Part shown: in pieces, positions 35,190 through 45,952 of the stretch
Position numbering within the stretch: position 1 is the first letter of the stretch
Layout: the number at the start of each line of letters is the position of its first letter
NCBI GenBank assembly: GCA_038144855.1
Contig: JAYQOO010000001.1
Location: forward strand, 74,931 to 138,930
From: Acidimicrobiia bacterium
Lineage (GTDB): Bacteria; Acidobacteriota; Vicinamibacteria; Vicinamibacterales; UBA2999
Reading direction: 5' to 3'
Length of the DNA: 64,000 bases
The notes under the pieces: generated by a model
What the model was told of the DNA's origin: nothing
Seen by the model: only the letters and a program-made list of their open reading frames with translations
The model's database searches: none
Position numbers and translations under genes: made by a program

Positions 35190-35976
35190 GAATCTCGCAG
35201 CGCTCTTCAGATATCGCGGGCTGATCCAGACGCTCGTCGTCCGCGATCTGAAAGCCCGCTACCGTGGCTCGGTACTCGGTTTTTTCTGGTCGTTCTTCAA
35301 CCCGCTCCTCCTTCTTCTCATCTACTCGTTCGTCTTCACCCAGGTCCTGGTCGGCGCGCACGACAAGGAGATGGAGCCGTACGCGCTGTTCATGTTCTGC
35401 GGCATCCTGCCGTGGACGTGGTTCTCCTCGTCGGTGCTCGAATCGTCGAATACGCTGATCGCCGGCGGGAACCTGATCAAGAAGGTGCTATTTCCAGCCG
35501 AAGTGCTGCCGATCGTCACCGTGATGGCGAACATGGTGCACTTCCTCTTCGGCCTGCCGGTGCTGGTCGGATTCCTGATCTACTATCAGCGCCCGGTCGA
35601 TCCGCTCGAGTTGCTGTGGTTCCCGGTGATCGTGCTCGTGCAGCTGACCTTCACGATCGGCCTGGCGCTGCTTCTTTCGGCGCTGACGGTGCACTTCCGC
35701 GACCTGAAAGATCTCCTCGCCAACATGGTGCAGTTGTGGTTTTTTGCCACGCCGATCATCTATCCGATGCTCCAGGCGCCGGCCAACATGCGTCAGTGGC
35801 TGAACTTCAACCCGATGACGCACCTGATGATCTCCTATCAGGAAGTGCTGTTCTTCCCTGGACCGCATGGGCATTGGAAGTGGCTGGTCGCGCTCGCCTT
35901 CGCGTCGATAGCCGTGTTCCTGTTCGGCTATTTCGTGTTCGATCGGCTGCGTGATTCGTTTGCGGAGGAGGTCTAG
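35182..35976 (+). CDS. wzm: Wzm-type ABC-2 permease (glycan export)
   Basis: RDLKARYRGSVLGFFWSFFNPL, FRDL, NPMTHL..SYQ. Confidence 0.9.
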   Translation: MFKNLAALFRYRGLIQTLVVRDLKARYRGSVLGFFWSFFNPLLLLLIYSFVFTQVLVGAHDKEMEPYALFMFCGILPWTWFSSSVLESSNTLIAGGNLIKKVLFPAEVLPIVTVMANMVHFLFGLPVLVGFLIYYQRPVDPLELLWFPVIVLVQLTFTIGLALLLSALTVHFRDLKDLLANMVQLWFFATPIIYPMLQAPANMRQWLNFNPMTHLMISYQEVLFFPGPHGHWKWLVALAFASIAVFLFGYFVFDRLRDSFAEEV

Positions 35977-37359
35977 GTGACTCCCGCAATTGACGTCGTC
36001 AACGTCTCCAAGGTCTATCGCCGCTACCAGCAGAAGAAACAGTTTGCGACGCTGAAGTCGGCGATCCTCAGCGGCACGCTGATCGGCGATCTCAAGCCTG
36101 ACGAAACATTCCAGGCGCTGCGCGGTGTCTCTCTCTCCGTGCCGAAAGGCTGCACCTACGGTGTCATCGGTCGCAACGGATCCGGCAAGAGCACGCTGCT
36201 GAAGTGCGTTGCCGGCATCACCAGGCCGACCACGGGAACCGTGACCGTGGACGGGCGCATCTCGGCCCTGATTGAGCTGGGTGCCGGCTTCCACCCGGAG
36301 ATCTCTGGCCGCGAGAACATCTTCATCAATGGCGTCATGCTGGGGCTCACCAAGAAAGAGATCCAGTACCGCTTCGACGAGATTGTCGAGTTCGCGGAGA
36401 TGCAGGAGTTCATTGACGCGCCGGTCAAGACGTATTCATCCGGCATGTACATGCGTCTTGGCTTTGCCGTGGCGGTGCACGTTGACCCGGAAGTGTTGCT
36501 CGTCGACGAGGTGCTGGCGGTCGGCGACCAGGGCTTTACCCACAAGTGCCTGGACAAGTTTGCCGAGTTCCGCCGGCGCAACAAGTCGATCCTGCTGGTG
36601 ACGCACTCCCTCGACCTGGTCGAGAAGTTCTGCGACACGGCGCACTGGCTCGATCACGGCGTCAGCAGGGGCGAAGGCGATCCCAAGCGCATTGTCGCCG
36701 CCTACATCATCAACGTTGAGGACTCGGAAGAAAACGAACTGGCGAAGGCCGAAGCCGCGAGAGTTGCGGCTGCGGCGAAAGCCGTCTCGACGCCGGACCC
36801 GGTTGAGGGTGTTGAGCCGAAAGCCGAGAGCGGACAGTCGCCCGCCGAAAGCGGCGAGGGTCCGGCGCCTGCCGAACCCGAAGGTCCAAAGGACGGGTTC
36901 AAATCCGACGAAGGACGTTGGGGCACCCGCGAGATCGAGATCACCAACGTTACGATCAGCGGTCCCGACGGCGAAGCCGGTCACGTGTTTCAGAGCGGCG
37001 ACTCCATCAAAGTCCGCATGGATGTGACGTCGAAGGACACGATCACCGACTTCGTGTTCGGCCTTGGCCTGTTCAACGCCGACAACGTCTGCGTCTACGG
37101 CACGAACACCAACCTCGAAGAGTTCCGGCCGACGGAGATCAACGGCGCGGGTAGCGTCACCTTCACGATCGACAAACTCGATTTGGTTGAGGGCACCTAC
37201 CGCCTGGATCTGGCCGCGCACAAGGCCGATGGCTATCCCTACGACTACCATCGCCTGCTCTACACGTTTCGTGTGAAGTCACGGATCCGGGACGTCGGGA
37301 TCTACCGCCCGGATCACTCCTGGTCGTTCAGCGGCGGGATCAAAATCAGTAGCCAGTAG
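35977..37359 (+). CDS. wzt: Wzt-type ABC ATPase with C-terminal carbohydrate-binding domain
   Basis: GRNGSGKSTLL, ALIELGAGFHPEISGRENI, YSSGMYMRLGFA, DEVLAVGD, Wzt_C-like C-terminus. Confidence 0.92.
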   Translation: MTPAIDVVNVSKVYRRYQQKKQFATLKSAILSGTLIGDLKPDETFQALRGVSLSVPKGCTYGVIGRNGSGKSTLLKCVAGITRPTTGTVTVDGRISALIELGAGFHPEISGRENIFINGVMLGLTKKEIQYRFDEIVEFAEMQEFIDAPVKTYSSGMYMRLGFAVAVHVDPEVLLVDEVLAVGDQGFTHKCLDKFAEFRRRNKSILLVTHSLDLVEKFCDTAHWLDHGVSRGEGDPKRIVAAYIINVEDSEENELAKAEAARVAAAAKAVSTPDPVEGVEPKAESGQSPAESGEGPAPAEPEGPKDGFKSDEGRWGTREIEITNVTISGPDGEAGHVFQSGDSIKVRMDVTSKDTITDFVFGLGLFNADNVCVYGTNTNLEEFRPTEINGAGSVTFTIDKLDLVEGTYRLDLAAHKADGYPYDYHRLLYTFRVKSRIRDVGIYRPDHSWSFSGGIKISSQ

Positions 37360-37396
37360 CCAGTAGCCAGTAGCCAGTAGCCAGATGCCGGATAGC
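37347..37396 (+). repeat. Heptamer tandem (CAGTAGC x5) carrying the wzt stop and leading into the rfaE2 start
   Basis: Five exact CAGTAGC units 37347-37381, then CAG ATG CCG GAT AGC. Confidence 0.9.
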
Positions 37397-37834
37397 CGCC
37401 AACAGACCGTCGTCTTCACGAATGGCGTTTTCGACATTCTGCATCCTGGCCACGTGCGCTATTTGCAGGCCGCACGCGCGTTGGGCGACAAGCTGATCGT
37501 CGGCATCAACTCCGACCGCTCGGTGCGAGAACTTGGCAAGGCGCCCGACCGCCCCATCAACCCAGAGCACGAACGTGCAGAAGTCCTGCGCGCGCTTCGC
37601 TGCGTGGATGAGGTCGTGATCTTCGACGAAGCCGATCCCCACTCGATCATCACCAAGATCCAGCCGGATATTCTCGTGAAGGGTGCCGACTGGGCCGCGG
37701 ACGCGATCATCGGGCGCGATGTGGTCGAGGCGAAGGGTGGCAAGGTCGTACGCATCCCCCTCGCCGAGGGATACTCGACAACGAGCATCATCGAAAAGGT
37801 CCGGCAAAAGCCGGACTCCGAAAGCAACGGTTAG
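37385..37834 (+). CDS. rfaE2: ADP-heptose synthase-type cytidylyltransferase domain (RfaE domain II)
   Basis: [50 protein letters not shown]. Confidence 0.88.
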   Translation: MPDSRQQTVVFTNGVFDILHPGHVRYLQAARALGDKLIVGINSDRSVRELGKAPDRPINPEHERAEVLRALRCVDEVVIFDEADPHSIITKIQPDILVKGADWAADAIIGRDVVEAKGGKVVRIPLAEGYSTTSIIEKVRQKPDSESNG

Positions 37835-37907
37835 GATGTCCGCCTTCAGGCGGACCACTGTGAGACAATAAAAAGCTCGGCTCGTTGTCACGAGCCTTGC
37901 AGTAAGG

Positions 37908-40900
37908 ATGGCTAGCGCTCCGTCACTCGCGTTACGGTCGCTGCTGACAGGCGTTCTTCGGGAAACGGGGCTGCAATCCCCCCTCAAACGCCTCAGCGGT
38001 GCGACGTCCCCTGTACGGGCGCTGGCCGTGGCGGCAGCCGCCAAGCGACTTGGCGACCAGACAATTCTCCTGGTGCTGCCCACCGACGCCGAGATCGAGA
38101 ACACGGTCGGCGACATCTCCTTCTTCCTGTCGGTGCTCGAGGGATCAGCGGCAACCGTCGTCGAGCGGCAGGTGCTGCCATTTCCATCGACGCAGGTCGA
38201 TCCCTACCGAGGATTCCAGCCGCACTTCAAGGTGGCTTCCGCTCGCGCGAGGGTGCTCCACGCCCTGACCACGAAGACCGCGCGTGTCGTCGTGGCATCC
38301 GCAGCGGCGCTCCTGACGAAGCTGCCTGAACCGGCATCGATCCTGTTGTCGTCCTGCGAGATCAAGCCAGGCATCGACATCGACCCACATGAACTCGCAA
38401 ACACGCTCGTGCTCGGCGGGTATGAACCGGCCGACCCCGTGGATGCGCACGGCGAGTTCGGCCGCCGCGGCGGCATTTTCGACGTCTTTCCTGCGGGCGA
38501 AGAACTCCCGATCCGCATCGAGTTTATCGGCGACACCGTTGAATCCATCCGCCGCTTCGATCCGGGAACGCAGCGCTCGGTTGAAACACTCGACCGCTTC
38601 GGCCTGATTCCCGTCCGCGAATTGTCACAGGGACAGACATCGCTCCCATCGAACCTGTTTCAATTCCTGCGTACCAAGGACGCCCAGGTGTGGCTGTCCG
38701 AGCCAACCGATGTGGATAACCACGTGAAGGCGGCGTGGGAGCAGATCGCAACGTCCTACTCCGACGCGGTGGAGCGATCGAGGGGCGTTGATCCGCCAGA
38801 TCCGATGAGCCTCCTGATGACGGAGGACGAAGTCGCGCACGCACTCACCGACGCGGTCGTACTCGAGGAGCTGGCGCTTGGAGATCAGGGACCCGGACCC
38901 GGCGATCAGGGTGCGCTTACGCTTTCAGTGCAGCCGACGGCGGTGTTTCACGGTCGCATTCCCGACTGGGTTGCGGACATCAAGGCCGCGCAGAAGAACG
39001 GCGATCACGTCGTGTTTGTCGCAAGCTCCGGTGGCCGCGCCGATCGCACAGCCGAGCTGCTGAACGACTACGACATTCGTGCGCTGAAGGCGTCCGACAC
39101 TGGCGATGTGGTGCGCGGCGCCGCGTTGGTTGCGGAAGGTTGGCTGTCGAAGGGATTTCGACTTCGGCACGAATCGGGCTCGCTGCTGATCTACGCCGAA
39201 GCGGACGTATTCGACGAGGAACGTCGGAAGACTGGCGCCGGCAAGAAACGGTCCGCGTCGGCGGCTTTCCTGTCCGACCTTCGCGACCTCAAGGTCAACG
39301 ACCTGATCGTTCATGTCGATCACGGCATCGGCCAGTTCGTTGGCCTGAAGCAGATCTCTGTCGCCGGCGGCGACGTCGTCCAGGAGTTTCTGGAGCTCCG
39401 CTATCACGGCGATGCGAAGTTGTTCGTGCCGGTCGAGCGGCTCGACCTCATCCAGAAATACACCGGTGGCGCGAATCCGCCGCTGGACCGTCTTGGCGGC
39501 ACGACCTGGGAAAAGGCCAAGTCCAAGGTCAAGAAGGCGATGCGCGACATGGCGGAGGAGCTGCTCAAGCTCTACGCTGCGCGCAAGGCTGTGCCGGGCT
39601 ACGCCTTCAGCGCCGACACGCACTGGCAGGAAGAGTTCGAGGACGCTTTCGAATACAACCTGACCGTGGACCAGGCGACCGCGATTGCCGACATCAAGCG
39701 CGACATGGAATCGTCGACGCCGATGGATCGCCTGCTCTGCGGCGACGTTGGCTACGGGAAGACGGAAGTGTCGATGCGCGCCGCCTTCAAGGCGGTGATG
39801 GAGGGCAAGCAGGTCGCCTTCCTTGCGCCGACGACGGTGCTGGCGGCGCAGCACCTGAAGACGCTCACCGAGCGCTTTGCCGCGTTCCCGGCCAAGATCG
39901 ACATGGTCAGCCGCTTCCGAACGAAGCAGGAGATCAAGGAAACGCTAGAGGCGTTGTCCGCCGGCCGACTCGACGTGATCGTCGGCACGCATCGCCTCCT
40001 GTCGAAAGACGTCACCTTCAAGGATCTCGGCCTGCTGGTCGTCGACGAGGAACAGCGATTCGGTGTCGCGCACAAGGAACGCATCAAGCAGATGCGCAAG
40101 AAGGTCGACGTCCTGACGATGACAGCGACCCCGATCCCGCGAACCTTGAACATGTCGCTGGTCGGCATCCGCGACATGTCGGTGATCGAGACGCCGCCGA
40201 AGGATCGTCTTGCGATTCAAACCAACGTCGTCAAATTCGACTCCACCGTGCTGGTGCGGGCCATTCGTGCCGAGATGGATCGTGGCGGCCAGGTCTTCTT
40301 CGTCCATAACCGCGTCGAGTCGATCTACTCGATGGGCAATTTGCTGCAGCGGTTGGTGCCTGACGCGCGCATTGTGATCGGCCACGGCCAGATGGCGGAG
40401 GATGCGCTCGAGCGCGCAATGCTCGACTTCATGACGCACAAGGCCGACATCCTGTTGGCGACGACGATCGTGGAGAACGGCCTCGATATCCCGAACGCGA
40501 ACACGATCATCATCAACCGGGCGGATCGCTACGGCCTGGCGCAGCTCTATCAGTTGCGTGGTCGCGTCGGTCGAAGCGACCGCGCGGCCTACGCCTACCT
40601 GTTGATCCCGCCCGAAGAAGCGCTGTCGCCGATTGCCCGCAAGCGGTTGACGGCCATGAAGGAGTTCAGCGACCTCGGCAGCGGATTCCGCGTCGCCGCA
40701 CTCGACCTGGAGATCCGCGGCGCCGGCAACTTGCTGGGTGGTGAACAGAGCGGCACCATTGATGCGGTCGGCTTCGAGATGTACATGAAGCTGCTTGAAG
40801 AGACGATCAAGGAGCTGAAGGGCGAGGACCTCGAAGACGACATCAGGGCCACGGTCAACCTGAAGGTGGACTTCCGGCTTGACGACGCCTACGTGCCAGA

Positions 40901-41456
40901 CATGAATCAGCGCCTGATGATCTATCGGCGCATGGCCGGGGCGCGCAGCGAGGAAGAGATCGGGCGCATCGTGGACGAGGTGCGTGATCGCTACGGTCCG
41001 CCGCCCGTGCCGGTGTTGAACCTTGCGGACTTCGCGCGCATTCGCGTGCTTGCCGACGGACTTGGCGTGGAAACGATCGACCGTGCCGACTCAACGGTCG
41101 TGATCAAGTTCCGCCAGAAGACGAAGGTCGAGCTGACGCAGGTGATTGCGCTCGTGCAGGACCGGGGCGATCTGGAACTGCTGCCGCCAAGCTCGTTGAA
41201 GCTGGACTTGAAGTACCGCGAGCCCGAAGCCAGGTCCCAGCTCCAGATCCTGGCCGAAAGCCGCAAGCCCAAGGCGGGGTCACGAATACCGAAAGTTCAG
41301 CGAAAGCCATCCTGGTGGACCGCACGAGCGACCGCGGGAGAGGTAACGGCTGGCTTCACAAAAGCCGAAATTCTCAGAAAGGCACCGGAAGACCCACGGG
41401 CCCCCGACGGAGTCCTAGTAAAGGTCACAGATTTACTCGAAAGCCTTGAACCCTGA
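37908..41456 (+). CDS. mfd: Transcription-repair coupling factor
   Basis: RRGGIFDVF, VHVDHGIG, CGDVGYGKTEV, DEEQRFGV, TATPIPRTL, QLRGRVGRS, DLEIRGAGNLLG. Confidence 0.97.
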   Translation: MASAPSLALRSLLTGVLRETGLQSPLKRLSGATSPVRALAVAAAAKRLGDQTILLVLPTDAEIENTVGDISFFLSVLEGSAATVVERQVLPFPSTQVDPYRGFQPHFKVASARARVLHALTTKTARVVVASAAALLTKLPEPASILLSSCEIKPGIDIDPHELANTLVLGGYEPADPVDAHGEFGRRGGIFDVFPAGEELPIRIEFIGDTVESIRRFDPGTQRSVETLDRFGLIPVRELSQGQTSLPSNLFQFLRTKDAQVWLSEPTDVDNHVKAAWEQIATSYSDAVERSRGVDPPDPMSLLMTEDEVAHALTDAVVLEELALGDQGPGPGDQGALTLSVQPTAVFHGRIPDWVADIKAAQKNGDHVVFVASSGGRADRTAELLNDYDIRALKASDTGDVVRGAALVAEGWLSKGFRLRHESGSLLIYAEADVFDEERRKTGAGKKRSASAAFLSDLRDLKVNDLIVHVDHGIGQFVGLKQISVAGGDVVQEFLELRYHGDAKLFVPVERLDLIQKYTGGANPPLDRLGGTTWEKAKSKVKKAMRDMAEELLKLYAARKAVPGYAFSADTHWQEEFEDAFEYNLTVDQATAIADIKRDMESSTPMDRLLCGDVGYGKTEVSMRAAFKAVMEGKQVAFLAPTTVLAAQHLKTLTERFAAFPAKIDMVSRFRTKQEIKETLEALSAGRLDVIVGTHRLLSKDVTFKDLGLLVVDEEQRFGVAHKERIKQMRKKVDVLTMTATPIPRTLNMSLVGIRDMSVIETPPKDRLAIQTNVVKFDSTVLVRAIRAEMDRGGQVFFVHNRVESIYSMGNLLQRLVPDARIVIGHGQMAEDALERAMLDFMTHKADILLATTIVENGLDIPNANTIIINRADRYGLAQLYQLRGRVGRSDRAAYAYLLIPPEEALSPIARKRLTAMKEFSDLGSGFRVAALDLEIRGAGNLLGGEQSGTIDAVGFEMYMKLLEETIKELKGEDLEDDIRATVNLKVDFRLDDAYVPDMNQRLMIYRRMAGARSEEEIGRIVDEVRDRYGPPPVPVLNLADFARIRVLADGLGVETIDRADSTVVIKFRQKTKVELTQVIALVQDRGDLELLPPSSLKLDLKYREPEARSQLQILAESRKPKAGSRIPKVQRKPSWWTARATAGEVTAGFTKAEILRKAPEDPRAPDGVLVKVTDLLESLEP

Positions 41457-41488
41457 TGGCCTGTTGGTCCGATGGCCCGTTGGCCTGA
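41457..41488 (-). repeat. Octamer tandem repeat (reverse orientation) between mfd and the surA-like gene
   Basis: TGGCCTGT TGGTCCGA TGGCCCGT TGGCCTGA. Confidence 0.75.
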
Positions 41489-41503
41489 TAATTAGAGATT
41501 CCG

Positions 41504-42580
41504 ATGAAGCACAGATTTTCGGCCGTGGTTGGGTTGATGATGTTGGTCCTGGCGGCCTCGAACGCGGCGGCCCAGGGCACCATCATTCTCGAGCAGGTGC
41601 TCGTGAAGGTGAATGGCGAGATCATCACCAAGACCGATCTCGAAGCGCGCCAGATCGCGGCGCTGCGTCAGCGCAATCCTAACCTCCGTCCGAACAACGA
41701 CGCCGAGTTGCAGCAGGCGCTGAATGAGGTGACGCCGTCGGTCATCCTCGACGCGGTTGACGAACTGTTGATGGTGCAGCGCGGCAAGGAGCTCGGCTAC
41801 ACGATGAGCCCCGACCGCTTCAACAGCATCCTCGAGAACATCAAGAAGGAAAACAAGATCGAGACCGATGAGCAGCTGCAGGCGGCCCTCAAGCAGGAAG
41901 GCATGACGATGGCCGACCTCCGCCGCCAGCTCGAAAAGACGATGCTGGTGCAGCAGGTTCAGCAGTCGGAGATCATGCAGAAGCTGCAGGTCACCGACAC
42001 GGAACTCAAGGCGTACTACGAGGCGCACAAGGACGAATTCGGCACCACGCCGAGCGTGACGCTGCGTGAGATCACGATCAACGTGCCGACAACAGCGGCG
42101 GGCGTGAACGTCGGCCAGGATGACGCCGCGAAGGCCAAAGCCGAGGAAGTCCGCGCGAAGATCATTGCCGGCGAGCCGTTCCCGCGGCTGGCGGCGGACT
42201 ACTCGGATTCCGGCTCGAAGGCCAACGGCGGCCTCGTGGGTCCGTTGCAGAAGACCGATCTTTCAGAGGAACTGCAGAAGGCCATCGCCGGTCTCAAGAC
42301 CGGTGGCGTGACGCCGGTGCTGCGCACGTCACGCGGCTACCAGATCATCAAGATCGAGAACCTGCAGGAAACCACGACGAAGCCGTTCGACGAGGCGCGC
42401 AACGAGATCGCCGACAAGATTGCCAACGACAAGCGCGGTGGCGAGTACCAGAAGTTCATTACGCGCCTGCGTAGCGACGCGATCATCGACTGGAAGAACG
42501 ACGAGATCAAGAAGGCGTACGAAGTGGGATTGAAGCAGGAAGAAGCCGAGCTCGCGAAGTTGCCGCAGCAACCGCAGTAG
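41504..42580 (+). CDS. SurA/PrsA-like parvulin peptidyl-prolyl isomerase
   Basis: Signal peptide, VKVNGEIIT, FPRLAADYSD...NGGLVG, RGYQIIK. Confidence 0.88.
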   Translation: MKHRFSAVVGLMMLVLAASNAAAQGTIILEQVLVKVNGEIITKTDLEARQIAALRQRNPNLRPNNDAELQQALNEVTPSVILDAVDELLMVQRGKELGYTMSPDRFNSILENIKKENKIETDEQLQAALKQEGMTMADLRRQLEKTMLVQQVQQSEIMQKLQVTDTELKAYYEAHKDEFGTTPSVTLREITINVPTTAAGVNVGQDDAAKAKAEEVRAKIIAGEPFPRLAADYSDSGSKANGGLVGPLQKTDLSEELQKAIAGLKTGGVTPVLRTSRGYQIIKIENLQETTTKPFDEARNEIADKIANDKRGGEYQKFITRLRSDAIIDWKNDEIKKAYEVGLKQEEAELAKLPQQPQ

Positions 42581-42612
42581 TATTTCGCGAACCCCCGGGT
42601 TCGCCTGTCGCC

Positions 42613-43110
42613 ATGGATCCTCACTGGTTTGCCATCTGGACGCGCTCGCGTCACGAAAAGATCGTTCGCGACCAGTTGGCGAAGAAGTCCAACGTCGACG
42701 TCTTTCTCCCGACCATCTGCAAGTGGAGCCGCTGGAAGGATCGCAAGAAGAAGATCGACTGGCCGCTGTTTCCCGGCTACGTGTTTGCGCGATTTGTGCC
42801 GGATGACCGCATTGGCGTGTTGAAGGTCGACGGCGTCGTGCAGATCATCAGCAACAACGGCATCCTGTCGCCGATTCCCGATGAGGAGATCGACAGCATT
42901 CGCCTGCTGGTGGAAAGCGAGTTGGCCTACGATCCGGTGCCGCTCATCAAGGAAGGCGACATGGTGAAGGTCACCTCAGGTCCGCTGAAGGGCGTCGCCG
43001 GCCGTTTGATACAGAAGAAGGGCGCCGCCGCGCGCCTCGTATTGTCAGTAGATTTGATTGGACAAGCGGTGTCGGTGGAAGTAGATGCTGCCGACGTGAA
43101 GCCCTATTAG
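42613..43110 (+). CDS. NusG paralogue (UpxY/RfaH/LoaP-like antiterminator)
   Basis: WFAIWTRSRHEK, WKDRKKKIDWPLFPGYVF, KOW motif GDMVKVTSGPLKG. Confidence 0.88.
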   Translation: MDPHWFAIWTRSRHEKIVRDQLAKKSNVDVFLPTICKWSRWKDRKKKIDWPLFPGYVFARFVPDDRIGVLKVDGVVQIISNNGILSPIPDEEIDSIRLLVESELAYDPVPLIKEGDMVKVTSGPLKGVAGRLIQKKGAAARLVLSVDLIGQAVSVEVDAADVKPY

Positions 43111-43184
43111 TAACCAGATGCCAGTAGCCAGTATCCAGAAAGACAAGTGTTCTTCTGGCTACCGGCTACTGGATACTGGCTACT
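43108..43184. repeat. Heptamer-arm hairpin element between the NusG paralogue and dusB
   Basis: CCAGTAGCCAGTATCCAGAAAGACAAGTGTTCTTCTGGCTACCGGCTACTGGATACTGGCTACT. Confidence 0.88.
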
Positions 43185-43196
43185 TCTGAATCCCTT

Positions 43197-44264
43197 ATGA
43201 AGATCGGATCCATCGAACTCGCCTCGCCCTTCGTCGTCTCGCCCATGGCGGGCATGACCGACACAGCGTTTCGCCGCCTGGTCAAACGCCAGGGCGGCTG
43301 CGGGCTCGTCGTGTCTGAGATGGTCAGCAGCGAAGGCCTGGTGCGCGGCATTGACCGTACGCTCGAGTACGCCGAGTACACCGAAGAAGAACGTCCAGTC
43401 TCCATCCAGATCTTCGGCGGCGAGCCGGCCAAGATGGCCGAAGCCGCGCGCGTCGTCGAACAGACGGGCGCCAACATTGTCGACGTCAACATGGGCTGTC
43501 CGGTGCCGAAGATCGCCAAGCACAACGCCGGCTGCAGCCTGATGCGCGAACCGGCGCACGCCGCCGAGATCATTTCGGCGATGTCGAAGGCGGTGAAGAT
43601 TCCCGTCACCGTGAAGATGCGCAAGGGATGGGACGAAGGCGAAATGAACGCCGGCGAGCTCGCCAGGCGCGTCGAGGACGCAGGCGCGAAGGCGATCGCG
43701 ATTCACGGCCGGACCGCAAAGCAGAGCTACAGCGGCGTTGCTGACTGGGACTTTGTGTCCGAGATTGCGGAGACCGTTTCGATTCCGGTGTTTGGATCCG
43801 GAGACTGCGTCGAGCCCGAAGACATCGTCACGAGGATGAAGTCGGGCGTCAGCGGCGTCTACGTCGGCCGCGGAGTGCTGAGGAATCCATGGATCCTCGC
43901 GCAGGCACGCGATCTGATGGAGGGCCGTCAGGCTCGCGTCATCTCGCACGAGGAGCGCGGCCAGTTCTTGTTGGATTACATGAATCTGTTGCTCACCGAG
44001 AGCGCAGATGAAGCCGAGGGCTTTCGGCACAAGGCCAACGGGCGAACAGGCGAACAGGCGAACGGCGTTGCCGTCGGCCGCGAGCGGTGGGTCATAAACA
44101 AGATTCGCGCGCTCTGCAGCTGGTACACCAAGGGCTTCGAAGGCGGCGCGCAGTTTCGAATTGGCGTGAACACCACGAAGTCGATTCCCGAGCTGAAAGA
44201 TTTGATCGAGAGATTCTTTCTTCTGACTCCCGCGGCGTCCGGCTTGAGCCGGACTGACGTATGA
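43197..44264 (+). CDS. dusB: tRNA-dihydrouridine synthase
   Basis: [46 protein letters not shown]. Confidence 0.9.
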   Translation: MKIGSIELASPFVVSPMAGMTDTAFRRLVKRQGGCGLVVSEMVSSEGLVRGIDRTLEYAEYTEEERPVSIQIFGGEPAKMAEAARVVEQTGANIVDVNMGCPVPKIAKHNAGCSLMREPAHAAEIISAMSKAVKIPVTVKMRKGWDEGEMNAGELARRVEDAGAKAIAIHGRTAKQSYSGVADWDFVSEIAETVSIPVFGSGDCVEPEDIVTRMKSGVSGVYVGRGVLRNPWILAQARDLMEGRQARVISHEERGQFLLDYMNLLLTESADEAEGFRHKANGRTGEQANGVAVGRERWVINKIRALCSWYTKGFEGGAQFRIGVNTTKSIPELKDLIERFFLLTPAASGLSRTDV

Positions 44265-45301
44265 CACCAGAACTCACGATCGCAGGCCGAAAGATCGGTG
44301 CCGCTCACAAGCCCCTGGTCATCGCCGAGATTGGTATCAACCACGAGGGCAGCCTCGCCGTGGCGAAGGAGATGGTTGACGCAGCGGCGCGCGCGGGCGT
44401 CGAAGTCGTCAAGCATCAAACGCACATCGTCGAAGACGAGATGAGCGGCGCGGCGAAGAAGGTGGTGCCGGGCAACGCCACCGTGTCGATCTACGAGATC
44501 ATGGCGCGCTGCGCGCGGTCGGAAGCCGACGAGCGCGAATTGCAGCGATACGTCGAAGCGAACGGGATGATCTTCATCTCGACGCCGTTTTCCAGGGCCG
44601 CAGCGGATCGCCTGCGCGGCATGGACGTGCCGGCGTACAAGATCGGTTCCGGCGAGTGCAACAACTATCCGCTACTGAAACACATTGCGTCGTTTGGCAA
44701 GCCGATCATTCTCAGTACGGGGATGAACACGATCGAGAGCGTGCGCAGGGCCGTCGATATTTTCGAGGCATCGAACGTGCCGTACGCGTTGATGCACACC
44801 ACGAATCTGTATCCCACGCCGCCGCACCTGGTGCGACTCGGCGCGATGGTGGAGCTGAAGAACGCGTTTCCAAATTCGGTCGTCGGATTGTCGGACCACA
44901 CGACCGACAACATCGCGTGCCTTGGCGCGGTGGCGCTTGGCGGGTCGATCCTCGAGCGGCACTTCACCGATCACATGTTCCGGCAGGGGCCCGACATCGT
45001 CTGTTCGATGGACGAGAAGGCGTGTCGCGAGCTGATCGAGTCGAGTGCGAAGCTGCATAGCGAGCTTGGCGGGACGAAGGGTCCAGCGAAGGAAGAGCAA
45101 GTGACGATCGACTTCGCGTTCGCAACCGTCGTCACCATCGCGCCGGTGAAAGCCGGCGAGGCGTTCACCCCGGCGAACTTGTGGGTGAAGCGTCCGGGCA
45201 CGGGCGCGATCCTGGCCGAGCAATACGAATCGCTCCTCGGCAAAAAGGCCGCCCGCGACATTCCAGCCGACGAGCACCTGGCGCCGTCCGATATCGCCTA
45301 A
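44261..45301 (+). CDS. neuB: N-acetylneuraminate synthase family protein with C-terminal SAF domain
   Basis: [51 protein letters not shown]. Confidence 0.9.
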   Translation: MTPELTIAGRKIGAAHKPLVIAEIGINHEGSLAVAKEMVDAAARAGVEVVKHQTHIVEDEMSGAAKKVVPGNATVSIYEIMARCARSEADERELQRYVEANGMIFISTPFSRAAADRLRGMDVPAYKIGSGECNNYPLLKHIASFGKPIILSTGMNTIESVRRAVDIFEASNVPYALMHTTNLYPTPPHLVRLGAMVELKNAFPNSVVGLSDHTTDNIACLGAVALGGSILERHFTDHMFRQGPDIVCSMDEKACRELIESSAKLHSELGGTKGPAKEEQVTIDFAFATVVTIAPVKAGEAFTPANLWVKRPGTGAILAEQYESLLGKKAARDIPADEHLAPSDIA

Positions 45302-45779
45302 GCGGGCCTTTTGTGGCTAGGACGGACGTGCTTGGACCTGCACCTCGCCCGCCGTTATTGCTGAGCTAGCTTTGAGCCCCCTGTTGTCTACGGAGTCGTC
45401 CGTTGATAAACCGGCTGGGGCCCTCAAACGGCAAACCACGCCTTTGGCATTTTCCGGGATTTTCTTAAGGAAAATGCACGGTGTTATCCCTCTTTTGGGG
45501 CGTCCCAACTCCGTTGCCTCCGCGATACAATTCGCGCACTCCAAATCGACTGCCGGACCCCAAAAATCCGTGCAACCCGAACCAGACGCCGATGGTCTGA
45601 GGGTTAGCGGATCCCTCGCCTTGGTGTCCGGCAGATAGGCTTGCAGCCTGCCCTGGACGAGAAGAGTCGTTCGCGATTGCCGAATGTTCTTCTTGAACGG
45701 GCTGCCCCTGTGTCGTGGAAGGCGAAGCGTTTCCGTACGCCTTTTTTGGCATGGCTGTAAGTCAGAGGGCGGAGCTGTG

Positions 45780-45947
45780 TATAAGAATGCATACCCGGTC
45801 GCCTTCTCGACCAAGAACGCCAACCTTGAAGGCGATTTCTTCGATGGCATCCCGGTCGATTGCGCCGCGGGTGACGACTACACGCACCAGCTCGGCGACA
45901 CGGCAGAAGCCTCGTTTGCGGAAGCGCTGCAGTTCATCCGCACTGGG
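45780..45947 (+). pseudogene. C-terminal fragment of an S41-family peptidase
   Basis: YPVAFSTKNANLEGDFFDGIPVDCAAGDDYTHQLGDTAEASFAEALQFIRTG resembles S41 peptidase C-termini from memory; no start or catalytic region present. Confidence 0.55.
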
Positions 45948-45952
45948 GTCGT

